Part shown: positions 1 to 12,584 of the stretch, piece by piece
How positions within the stretch are numbered: the stretch's first letter is position 1
Layout: each line of letters starts with the position of its first letter
NCBI GenBank assembly: GCA_036172245.1
Contig: JAYWIR010000027.1
Location: forward strand, 2,108,001-2,172,000
Direction: 5' to 3'
Length of the DNA stretch: 64,000 nt
DNA from: Raillietiella orientalis
Taxonomy: Eukaryota
Program-made: the position numbers and the translations under genes
Notes under the pieces: generated by a model
Database searches by the model: none
Told to the model about the DNA's origin: nothing
The model's input: only the letters and a program-made list of their open reading frames with translations

Positions 1-400
1 TTGCCAGAGAGGAGAGGGAGACCGGAAGGTCTCCTAGTCATTTGTTTCGAAAAAGGACTATCCGACAAACAAACTGCGGCATTGTACTTTTGAAAGAGAT
101 TTCGCCTCTCAGAAATGCCAGATATTTCTGAAATGAATGGAAGCACACGGAAGCCTATTCGCTCCACCACACGTTGTTCGCGCGCAGAAATGGATGGATG
201 TCTCAGAATGAAGAGAGACACGAAAAGGCTTTCTCTCTTCTTTCTCCTACGAAGAAGGAAGAAGCCTCCAGCCATGGCTGCAAATGCAAGAGCCTGGACA
301 CGCCCTCCTTACGTTCCCATGCGCACACATGCACATCGAGATTCACGAGGAAATCCTTCAGGAACGGCTTATCATTCGATCACCCCAAACAAATAGCACA
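1..400 (+). mobile_element. possible decayed 3' fragment of a CR1/L2-type LINE ORF2
   Basis: The + frame reads ...AALYF*...DGCLRMKRDTKRLSLFFLLRRRKK, loosely like the post-RT CR1 motif (LY..LVR...GL..L.YEERL..L.LFSL..RR). It has stops, and the similarity was judged by eye only. Confidence 0.2.
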
Positions 401-1360
401 TGTTGGTAGATTTCCCATTTTCGTATATGGAGCACCTCACTGCCCACTTTCTATTTCTTTGAAACAGAAAATCTCGTCGATTTCGTTTGACAACCATCTA
501 GAATACAGGGTTTGAGATCTTCCAGGCAGTTACGTTGACATGTCTGTTTCAAACTTATCAAGACTTCCATTTCTCCTGCATTTCTGTCTTGCACGAAACA
601 TCTCTGCTGTCATCTTTGACACTTGTTGCTCGCAGTGAACGAATGCAAAAGCTCGCAAGAACAAAAACAAAATCTTTCCTGCATATACTGGAGATGCAAA
701 GTCACTTTGTCATGCCACTTCTAAATTTGATGCTTGTATTCACAAACGTTTCCAAGAAAACAAAAGTATCGTCCTCTGCCTTCATTCCCCATTGTCTTAA
801 AGAAAAAGATTTTGTCGTCACGGATGCACTAATTTACAACCCCTAAATGCGTCCAGACTGATCATGCAATCGAATATTCAACCTACAAATGGTGACTGGT
901 AATTAAATCATTACCTCTAATGCTGTCATTGAAGGTAGCTTAGATAATTACAACTAGTGGTCAGTTTATGTCAACTTGAAAGGAATTAAGTAGTTGAAAT
1001 ATTTACCTGGATTCATTCGTTTGCTTCCTCACAGTGAAAACCGTGTCACCGTAAAAGCTGGTGCAGTTTTGTCAATACGACAATAGTCAATGTTTGAATG
1101 GCAAACTTGCAACTGGAGGGAATGATAGACCATCCAACGTAAAATGACTGTAAAAAAAGGAGCGATTTCTTTCGAAATCTCTGAAGGAAACATGTAGGAA
1201 GCAAATAGGATTGAGCCAATATTCTTGTGTTTATGGGTAACAACAATGAGATTACCCAGTGAATGACCCAAACAAACAAATTCGAATGGCAAATCAGCGT
1301 GTGTTTGCCGTAGTGGTTTAATATTGGTGATGAACTGGAAGTGATGAAAGAATCCAAACC

Positions 1361-3579
1361 ATGGCAAACGTAAATGAGGAAAGTAAAGAACAATCTAATG
1401 CTAGTTCTTGGAATTTGGACAATCTACCTATAGAGGTATGTATAGAACAAAAAGTGTGCCTGGCCTAGTTTGTGCCAGTACACAGGATGGTAAACAGATA
1501 CCCTTTTCAGATACTTCTTCACATCTGCTCCTTTTTGGATTCCAAATTCATAGTATCTACGCTTAGTCTGGTTTGTGAAGCATTGCACGATATTTTTGAA
1601 GATCATATTAGCTGGAAAATCAGAACGTTGAAAAGATGGCCAAATAAATATCCACCAATTCCAGGTTAGCTTGTTCAGAGATTTCATGATAAAGAGTGCG
1701 TGTGTGGTTACAACAAATACCCTTTCATGCGTGAGTTTGTTTACAGTTGATTTTGAATAAACACATCACTGTTGCCCACCATGTTTAGGCAGTGAATGGA
1801 GTTTATGTTGAATCAATTTTGAAATCCCTTGGGCATATTTAAAGAAAACTGAATAGTGTTTTTATAATGTTTTGAAAACCATGATTGTAGCAATATAACT
1901 TGTTCTTTGTTAGTTAATGATGATGAATTTCCATGGAAAGAAGCTGCAATTCAAAAAGAAGAGCAGTGGTCTTTGTGGACCAATATTGAAGAACAGATGA
2001 TGTATGTGGACTGGCCAAATTTACATTCATCAAGCATAGATGCAGTTCATATATTAAATGTAAGCTTGATCTATAATGCATGTTTTGTGGGCAATTTATG
2101 AAAGCAGTGATCTGGAATAGTGCATTTTGAATACACTAATGGATGTGCTGACTGCTGGTGTGTTTCACCTAAATGTGCTTGAAATTTTTTGAAGGTTCTT
2201 ACTAATCCAATGCTTTAGAAATTCACCCACTGCATAATAAGTTTGAAGCTTTTCTTCTTCCCTTTGACTTCATGGGAGCCTTTAGTGAAATAATTTTAAA
2301 TGCACCCTTTTCGAGCATTTGGTAATTATTTCTTTGTACCTTTATTGAAATGTGTAATCATTTGTTTAAACCAGAATCTCCATACTTATCAGGTGTATTT
2401 TGTACAAAAGTATGAATAACCCTTTCTCACATGCAACCAAATAAATTTTTACGAGTAGATTGATTACAGACATGTAATTACATTTTTGACTTTCAGCATC
2501 ATTTTTATCTATAAATGGTATCATTGAGATTTTCTCAGGGTTCTAGAGTTGTTGTGGCTGGTTCTCGGGATCGCACTATGAATGTCTTAGACATAGCATC
2601 AATATATGAACATGGAACTTCAGATATGCCAACTGTGCTTCAGCATAGCATTCGAAATGCTCATAAGGGGTGGATATGGGACATTAAATCCACGGGTTCC
2701 TTGGTTTTCTCTGCAAGTTGGGATGCCTTTGTCAAGATCTGGGATGCTGCTAAGGATTTTACTGTAGTTACAAGCCTTAGGTGAATAACCTCAAGTCTGT
2801 GCAATACAAGCAAAATTCTAGTTGTCATTCATCTGCTGCTTTGAGCTTAGCAGTTCAGAACAATCTCGTGGCTGTAGGAACCTACAGACATAAGGTGCTG
2901 CTCTTTGATCCTCGTGATAATTATAGTAGTCATTGCTGGTGCATCAAACACAAAGGACCTGTACTTAGTCTAGTAATGGATGCCCAGCACATCATTTCAG
3001 CCAGTGAGGATGGCAGTTGCCAGGTGTGGGACCTGAGAATGATGGCAGGAAAAACGCTGAACACAATCTGGGTAAGCTGCTAAATGCACTCAAATACCAA
3101 TCAGTTCAGTATTTAAACAGCTGGATGACCCACATTCCTATGTACTATCCCTGTCTTATGCACAGAATATGCTATACATGGGAGATATTAGAGGGCGCCT
3201 ACATCTAGTAGATGGCACACAGGGGAAGTTTGAATTGTGTCAGGTACACTAATTCTGGACTTAGATACAGAGTTCATGCTACTCAGACATATCAAACAGC
3301 TCATCAAGGCAAAGTGATGGGGATCCAACACTGTCTTGGAAGCATCCTTACATGCTCCTCAGATCACAGCATCCACATCCAACAATTAAGTGCCCCACCC
3401 ACTCTGATATGCCAGCTGAATCAGCTGGGGGGAGAGGTGTCTGCAGTAAGCACAACCTTCTCACCCTTTTTGGCTTTATTATTGGTTCCCAGATTCACTT
3501 TCAGGATAATGTGCTGGCAGCTGGTTGCACAGATGCACTTCGGCTATGGCTGCCAAGGCAATCTTTTACATGTGAATAA
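1361..3579 (+). CDS. FBXW9: F-box/WD40 repeat protein, FBXW9-like (8 coding exons)
   Basis: Exons 1361-1435, 1511-1664, 1914-2059, 2539-2780, 2822-3071, 3121-3243, 3287-3445 and 3493-3579 join in phase at GT-AG sites. F-box: LDNLPIEILLHICSFLD...LSLVC...WKIR..KRWP..YP. WD40 repeats: GSRDRTMNV, HKGWIWD...SASWDAFVKIWD, HKGPVLSL...SASEDGSCQVWDLR. Confidence 0.85.
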
Positions 3580-3610
3580 ACAGTACATGCTGTTTGTTGT
3601 TCTTTGATCA

Positions 3611-6134
3611 CTAATGCTCTGAAGAATCCACTTTCTTTTCTTGAATCCAATCAACAGATGCAGAAGCTTGGTTGCTGGATTCAACATTGTTGTCTTCCTG
3701 TCTTGAACGCTTGGGAATTAAAGGTGAGCTGGGATGTGGTGGGGTCAGAGAACAGGTAGATGAGGGCACACCATCTGCACCAGCCTCATCATTTGCATCT
3801 TGTGATGCTTGTGTAGCAGAACGGCATCGCCATTCCAATGCATTGTACAATAGCTCTGAGTCCTTTAGACTGCCCTGAAAAGTTCAAAGAATGCAAAAAA
3901 AAACTTCCTTTCTTTTTTGAAGAGTAGTCTCCTCACCATGACAAGATAAACTCTGGGCACCTCCTGGTCCAACACAGTGAAACGCACACTCTTGGGACTG
4001 GCCTGCTCCACTGCCATTCCTGCCCACACCTACAGCAATTCTTCAGGTACACATCTTGTTTTGCATACACACCAAGGTGTTGAGAACAACACGTAGACTC
4101 CCTTGCAAACGCACTACAATGCGGGAGCGCAGGCTGCTCATATCATTGAGCCTCAACTGGCCACAGCCTCGTTCTTGCCACTGGCCTTGGACTGAATCAT
4201 AGGCAAACAAACGACAGTTCATTTGCAGGACATTGAATTCTTCCTCTTCGCCAGTTCGCACAGGAACCTCAGCATACTTTCGCTTGGTCTGACGTGCTTG
4301 CTCATATTCTCTCGCACTTTCACTCAGTGACTTGGCATTCAGTCCAGGAGATGTTTCTCCATTAGCACCCTCCTCCTATTCACTATGCTAATGAATATGA
4401 GGTTTGCATTTTACCTGGCTTGTAGTGTCTGCATGTGCAGCTGCTGCAGAGAACAACAGATCTGAAGAGCCATTAAGAGAAACAGCAGGGCTGGAAGAGG
4501 ACACTGGGCACTGGGAAACATTTTGCACACGTTCCAGTAGGTTCTGGCCAAACACAAACCCATCTCCAATACTACTGTACTTAAAGGCTACTGCAGGGCT
4601 AAAATAATGGCCAGCTAATACCTATGAACATGTCCATCCCCGGTTCCTCCATCTTTATCTTCAGCTTTGGCTGGCTCACTTCTGCTCAGTTGAGGAAATG
4701 AAGTAACAGGTTCAGCATGGCTGGATTCAGGCCCATTATTAGGCAAATAGGTTGTCAGTTTTGATGCATGATCAGAAAGTGCAGATGGACGAAGTATATG
4801 TTTGGAAGTTGATGAAGATACCTGACTGGAAGGTCCTGAGGAAAAATGGAAAGAACTGTTGACCCTGTATTTTTACCTGATTCCTGGTTAACAGTTAGTT
4901 TACTGGGTGCTAATAGAGGACGACATGCTGTACTATCAGCCAAGCTACGCACTGGAGTCATACTACGTACAGCAAAGGGATTATTTGAAAACTTCGAGCT
5001 GCCCAAAGTAGATGCTATCATGGAAAGCTTATGAAAGCTTAAGATCAAGTGTACAAACCTGAGCCAGCTGCAGATGTACCAAATATGGAAGTACTGGAAG
5101 AATAGTGCATACCACCAGTACCATTAGCTGATGCTTTTTGTTTGTGCTGTTCACTATGCTTGCATTCAGAATCAGATGATGGTTCCGTATCTTTATCTAC
5201 AAATACTTAGAAAAACTAAAAACCAGAACTTTCTTACCAGTTGTGGATGTAGTAGTGCTATGATTACTACAATCACTGGCATCTGCAGAGTCACAAGGTT
5301 TCTCAGAGTCCTGAAAAATCCAATATCATACAAGAACACAATTCTTTGTGCATTTTTTTTTCCTTAAACAAAAATTGTCAGTTTTATGGCCTTAAGCTCC
5401 CTTTCCTGAGAAAAATCCATTTGTTTTTGTATAATCTCAAAACTGCACATGCAGAATGTTACCCTACACCTCAAAATAATATACCAACAAAGTATTTCAA
5501 ATAATAAACACAGTTTCACTTGATTACATCCTTATACCCAATTAGATCCAGGATTCATTCATTTATTGCTTAAGTGAAAGCAACAACAGCTTGAAAATTT
5601 AGCATGTCAAGAAAACTCAAGCACATAAAACACAACATCCCAAGACTTCATTCATTAATATACCAACAATAACATTGTTTGTGTGCTATGCTCATTCATA
5701 TTTCAGCATGCTGATGCAGGATCATGATGAATACTAATCTTTACGGATTATATTTTTCCATGAAAAACATGGACCATAAGTAACAAGTATCAGTGTTCAC
5801 ACAATTCTGCATTTATACACAAACGGGACATCAAAACCAAACAAAATGTCATCATTCTGATAATATCGTCACTGATAAGTCATCAACAAAATTGCTGAGA
5901 ATTTCACTTCAAATTATGATTTCCCGAATGCTGCAAACATACACTTTCCAAAACCGGGCACACAAAATCATTAATGAAACAGGAACACAAACAGCTCTGC
6001 AAGTCTTCATCAAACAACACGGTAAGCATTACAAAAAATAGCAAACACCTCTTACCAAATAAAATTTCAAATATATTTACATGAAAAAAAAAAAGGATTT
6101 TATGAATGAGTTCCGGAAGAAGAATCCCTACCAT
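3611..6134 (-). CDS. RANBP3: Ran-binding protein 3-like (C-terminal RanBD)
   Basis: RanBD exons: EVPVRTGEEEEFNVLQMNCRLFAYD...WQERGCGQLRLND...SRIVVRLQGSLRVVLNTL, then VWAGMAVEQASPKSVRFT, then LYNALEWR. Upstream are an FVFGQNL motif and a Ser/Pro-rich region. Stop at 3611. The start (ATG|GTAGGG at 6134, spliced to an exon starting ~5311) is tentative. Confidence 0.82.
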
Positions 6135-9100
6135 ATGCTGTATTTGCCATTATTCATTTGTTCAAGTTTCATAAAAGCCCAGCACGGGTCAAAACGATGC
6201 GTTGATCCCCTCTCATTAATTCAAATTTGAATTAGTTACGAAAAAATTACTGTACGATGGCAATTCATAAAGGAAACACTACTGCTGACACGGTAAAAAA
6301 AAACTTAAAACACCGGAAATTTCTAAAAAAAAATGCTGGTGTGCCTATGCTTCAGATATCCATGCAAAACAGTCAACACTAAGTTCTCGTCAAATCCAAT
6401 CACCCAAGATTGTAACGTCAAGTGCTTTGATGAGAATCTCTCCCTTTTAAACGAAGCGGTGATTCACAACTTGAAATTACATACAAAACTTTGCATACAT
6501 GGCAAGCTGAATATTTTCCAAATCAAGTTTAACAAACACAGTGGGAAGTGGGAAACAATTTGTTTCGTAAAAAAACACAGGTCAACAACAAGGCTCAAAT
6601 TTTAGTATAGTTTGCAAATTACCATTATCAAGCTTGACACAAATCATTTAGCCAGTAATTTCAATCCTAAATAGGAAGGAAACGCTTCATACGTTCATGG
6701 CAATGAACACTCCTACGGTAAATGAAATGCTCGATTTTATCAGTAATCTGGAAGACTGCCACATGAAATATGCATACAAATAGCCAGATTTCTGTAGTCA
6801 CCAGTCATTTATGACGATACTCGCCAATCATTTCACCTAGTTTGACAGTGTCAGCACTCCATTTGCCTTCTTCGACGTTACATTCAAAAAACCCTCAACG
6901 TGAGGGCTTGAAAAAACCGTACATTTCGAATAAGTTACACGGGTAGCGTAGAAGGTAAATAAAGATTATTGCTATTAACAACGGACAAAATTATTGCTTA
7001 TTTGGAAGAGGCAAATGATCAATAAAGGACTTAATGCGAAAACGACAACAGAATTCTTTTCCTTTTTACTTTCTCGTTTCTAGACGTAACCCTACGTTAC
7101 CATCAGATGCACGGCATTATACATTCCCAATTTTTCAAAAACATTGCAGATAGATCATCACATTGCATCACATTGGAATTATAGTTGGGAAAGAATGTGA
7201 GGTAATTGGGAACATACATCCCCGCGGCGCTCGGAGACTGACCGATAATTTCTACAAGAACGGTTGCTACGATTCGTATACTGTTAATCGACAGAATGGA
7301 TCTCGTCTCCTGAGCAAGTCACAAAGATCTTCGAGGTCAGTTCTCAATCAGGAAAGATGTTTGGAGCTTCTCGTTGAAAAAAATTTCCATTTGGTTCGTG
7401 GCAAACGCAAGGCAGGATGCCATCAACCTATAAACAAACACGATCAGTTGTGGTAGCATAAATAGCAGGAATAAACAGAAGAAGAAGAAAAAAGTAGAAG
7501 GATGCAAATCTTTACAGGCATCAAAAACATGTAAATAGTCTGCAGAAAACAAAGGTGAATATTCCTCCATAATACCAAAGTAAATGCTTCATTTACTTCT
7601 ACTTACTTACTTTCATTTACTATGAGAGTTGGCTTTGCCTCACATGGAAGCTTACATTCAAACGGACTAGGGAAAAATAATTAATAGTTATTTCCAGTAT
7701 TGTTGTTAATCAGTGTGACAGTAATAATAATAAGATGATTAAAGATGACGCCTGTGAATCTGGAACAAAGCCATTCAGCACCACCACCACCGCAATGCTG
7801 AATAACGTACAACCATTGCAAGAACATTGCACATTTGACTTCTTTTTTCTACTTGCTTTGTTTGTTAGATATGAAGAGAATAATAATATTTCAACAGTGC
7901 TGCTGCCATTAAGAGATTAACTGCAAGCTAATGATACTTGTTTACATATTAGGGATTCTAATTGAAGCGCTTCGGAATCTTCAGCCTTGCTCTTTGTTTC
8001 ATGCTTCACAGTGATTTATCTCGAAGAAAGAAGAAAATAGAACTGCTCATCTTTGTTGATAACACTCTGCAGACAGAACACAAACCAAACTAAAATGGAA
8101 ATCAGACCGAGATAAATCATAGTGTTACGAACATATGTGAATGTATTTATTTCGATCTTTCCAGGGAGGTCATTACATTATGTAGTGTAAATGATATTCG
8201 GCAATTGGATTTAATATGACTTACGGAAGGAAAAGACTGGACAAATCACTTGAAAGGGATGAAAATAAAGGACTGGAATGTACTTTTGATAATTGTTCAG
8301 ATTTAAGAGAGTCAGAAGAATGTATCCCTCTATTAGAGTGTGATCGGCACAGGCTTCGACATAAGAATTAGGATTGCACGATTTCAAAAGGTTATAATAG
8401 AATGATGCATTCATTATACACACACACATATGGATACAAAATCATGAACCAATACATGTACGTCTGTATGCATAAGTAATTACAAAATTCAATTCTCCAT
8501 GTATTATAATTCATTTATCTGTCGTAATAATTCCGGAGATTCTTTTTTCTTTTAACGCAGTATTCCTCGGATTCTGCATTTTCAAAAAATCTTCCTAGAA
8601 TCTAATGAAAAGTGCTTTCTGTTCATATCCTTTGCATGGAGGATATGAGTACTATGTCATCATAAAGGTATACGTAATTCACAGTAATCTAGTTTTCTAC
8701 TCCTGAGAAGAGCTCTTCTATTTCTGAGAATAACTGTATTAGTCAAATGCTAAGTTCTTGCTTTAATTTTCTAGACGCTTCAGAGAATTTTTCTTTGTTA
8801 CCTCTTCTCTCCAAAGCATTCTCTATAAAATAACTGTTTCCTTAACATAATGTATTCCTTAACATCCTGTTTTCAAATATTTGTTGATCATGGGTGCGCT
8901 GTGGAAAAGAACTTTTTTGAAGAAAAATATATCCTCTTAGGTACTCATGTACTAATGTAATTATTTCTCATCTTGCTGTGTAAATCCTTACTACTGATTT
9001 TGCAATTACCAGTAAAGCTTAACAAGGTGATAAAATACTGAAAGAAAAAACTACTAAGGAACAAGCATTGGATAATGAGAAACATTATTTTTCCACTTTG

Positions 9101-10289
9101 CTTCGAACTCCACCGTTCTTTGCATTTCATTCAGTGTGCCATTGGGATACAAACAATGAACAAAATTTTAATTACACTTTATAAGTAGTCTGTGAAGCTA
9201 AGGGAAGCATTCTATAAAGTGATTTGCAATCAAAAACAAAGTTTCGTGGAATTAGGAATGAGTCATAGTAGATGGGTTATCTTGTGATTGTAAAAATTAC
9301 GTGAAAAGTCGATAAAAGGATTCAGAACAACTTCCCCATCTTGTCATTCTTGACAAAACAAAATTCGTTTTCGCTCTAATCAGTCCATGCTCGCAAGGAA
9401 GGCTAAAAATTTCAATTTAAAGCAAGAACTCTCCTGTGATCATCTACCATTTGAACTGAGGATTGAACATGAAGTAGGTTTCTTGAGAAATAAAAAAACA
9501 AATAGACTCTTACATTTAGAGTTCTTAATGCTCTAGCAAATGAATTTCATTTTCACAATGGCAAAAAAATGTACGAGAAACATGTGTACGCCTTTGGTTA
9601 GGACATGGATTTAGATTTTGATCTTCCTTTTACGATCAGTCAAGTAGACAGAATTAATCTCAGAGAAAGCCATTCATATTTGTTGCTAGATGATGATCTA
9701 AAGGAAGACATTCGCTTCAGAAACAGCGCTGACTTATTAGAAATAGTTTCAACACGTGAGGAAATGCTAATGAACAAAAATTATTCTAGAAGGAAGCCTA
9801 GCAGTGTTGTGTTAAAGGAACAGAGGTTAATCAAAGTATGATGTTTCGTGCCTCAGAGAACATGAGCTAAATTAGGATCTGAAAAAAATTCAGCAGTGAT
9901 GCAAATTAAAACTTAAATACTTTAAACTAAATACAAAATCACAATAAGGATAAATACGTTCTGTTAGCAGCCTTTCACTTTAAACATGGTATTATGAACC
10001 AGTGTCCATGAAATCAATTTGAGAAGTAAATAATGCTAGAATAAAACAAAACGCAGACGTTTTTAGAAAAATTATGATTAGGAAATGCAATGATCTCGTA
10101 AACAGATAATCGACAGGTTTTTGTTTTTTTTTTCATTTTAGATTTTAGATTTCAAGTTTATTATGAAGTAAATTTATACAAAATGCTATCCTTAAGTACG
10201 ATCATCTTTGCAATTTCCAAATTAACAAATCGATAAGGTTTATTCTTTTTTCTCCTTAATAGGAAAAAAGAAACTTCTCCGTCGGGGTT

Positions 10290-10323
10290 CCCACAAAGAT
10301 GAATTATTATTCATCCTTGTGGG
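10290..10323. repeat. short inverted repeat (15-bp stem, 4-nt loop, 1 mismatch)
   Basis: cccacaaagatgaat-tatt-attcatccttgtggg. Confidence 0.7.
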
Positions 10324-12584
10324 TCCATTTCAATTGAAAACATTATTTTATTCCTGCCAGCTTTCCAACTGGCCATGCTCTCAATGAAGTTTACTGCAGC
10401 TTGTGTTCAAATTCTTTGAATTTCTTCCTTCAGGTTTGTCTTTTTGAATTCAGTTTTTAATGCTTTAGTTTCACTCTCTCTCAATATTTTACTGACCAGA
10501 TTGGAGCTCTGGACTATCATTTCTTGAAGAAATATTGCAACTAGACTATTTTTACTTCATAGTTATCGTGGCATGGAAAAATATCTACTCATGGATCAAG
10601 AGCCCTTAGTTCATTTTTATCTGCAATATGCTTGCATGCGTGTTTGGCCACACCACGTCGAGGAAACGAGCTTTCATATTCTGAAAACGATCGCATCATG
10701 TTGCACGAAATCCCATATTGTATTTATAATTCTGTGACCGCAGTCTGGTTTGTTTCCATGTCTTCATTTGCTAATAATCTCTCAGCAGTGCTGAAATTTG
10801 CTGGGACTTTGATTTTTAAGATGTTTTATCTTTTTAGTTACATTTTAAATTAAAGAATCAAAGTATTTGCGATTCCTATTTGATATGGATGACTTGATGA
10901 CTTGAATAAATCCACCTCGTGCAATCTTCTACAAATTAAAATGAGAAGCCAACCGGATCAGTTTATTTATGGTCTAAGCACATATTTCGATCGGAACATA
11001 TATTTTGATGTGCAATCTTGCAATTGAGATAAGAGATAAGTGAGATTTAGCATTATAAAAGGATAGGATCGGCCATGGTATTAGACATAAGTGGAAAGCC
11101 AAGTCCAAGCTCTCTTTCTGAATTTCAAGTTTTTTTCATATACTTCTTTGCCAATTAGTCTCACTTTCATAGTTAGTAGATATCATGCTGTCTGTTTGTG
11201 GAGTGGGTATACATTTATTTTTCTTCGGCCATTAGTAGTGGCCACCGCTCTAGGAGAGTGAATAGATGTTAAAGCAAACTGGACTGTTTTCATGTTAATT
11301 GTATTTAAAATACTTGTTTTACGTTCCTTATTGCAGTCCCTCCTTATTGAATCAAAAAAATAATTTCGGCTAGTTTTGTTGTTTTGTTTTAATTTTGAAG
11401 CAGAACATTTCTAAAACCTTATTTTCATATTAACCTCAAGTCATTCAAAAAAGTGATTTAACTCATGGATTTTTACCAATCAGTAATTTGATATTTCATG
11501 TTACATATAAAATATTATTTGTTGTTTTCGGAGATCATTAAAGTGATTTCTATTCGAAGTTCATTTCGATAAGTAGTTTACAATTGGGCAGCATTAAATA
11601 AGCATTGTTTTCATGGATTTTGCTTTTCCCCCTCTTGAAACTAAGAGGGATTTTGTTTTCCATTTAGAATTTTCGATATTGTTAGCATAAGAGAAAGACT
11701 ACAATCATTTGCCTTAAGCTTATATACTAGATAATTTCTAGATACTTCTCGGATTATTCATTCTACTTTACGCATATTACTAACTTCTCTATTCTCTTGT
11801 TATACTGGGACAAAGTATTCTGAATTTGGTAATCATATCTAAATAGTCCCGCATTTTTTCTTTGTAAGTTATTAACACCCTGAAATATTTGTAGTCTTCG
11901 ACATTGCTTAAAATGAAGTATAGTATTATCAGGAAGTAGTGAAACTCTTAAGCATCAAACTTTTATATGTAGTTAATAAAGATGTCTGTGCTTGACTCCG
12001 GTTTTTGATTAATTTAGTAGTATGATTGAGTCCTGTAGTTCGTAATTACTACAGGTGGCATAATAACCTCCAGTAAGAATTGACAAATATGAATCACGAT
12101 GAACCTATTTTTGTGAAGTTATGTGGCGTCTGCGGATCTGACAAGTGGATTTTCTAAAATTTTGGGGTTTAAGGTGCTTTGAATCAAATGAAGATTCTCA
12201 CTATCCAAAAGCTCGTTTTTATTGTTATTTTCATAGTTCTACAGTAACTTATCACAAGATTTTTTATAGTTTCTAGTGTTGGTTGCAGGTATAGGCTTTA
12301 GTTGCAATTGTGCATAGATGTATGCTTAGGTCGACACTTTACTGGACACTATTCCCCAACGAACTGTTATAGATAGCTAGTGGTAAAATAATTACGTGAT
12401 TTGGTATCAATGAGAAGTTTCTGGGAGTACGTGAGGAACGGCAGGTAGACGAAAGTGATTGTCTCTACTATGTGAGTTGTGATTGCCACCCTTCGAAAGT
12501 TCAATTTTGGATTAATCTAAATACTTTTGTATTCATCGAATGAATTCATTTAGTACGTAATTCAGTAGAGCGGTAGTAATTAGC

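Noticed and set aside
7163..7456. ECEVIGNIH resembles the C-terminal motif of phage YopX proteins
   Set aside because: Only a short match in the wrong position, with no other phage or bacterial signal.
9387..9841. Possible small spliced gene (MLARKAKNF... / MDLDFDLPF...)
   Set aside because: Candidate splice joins hit stop codons in every phase tried, and no domain was recognisable.
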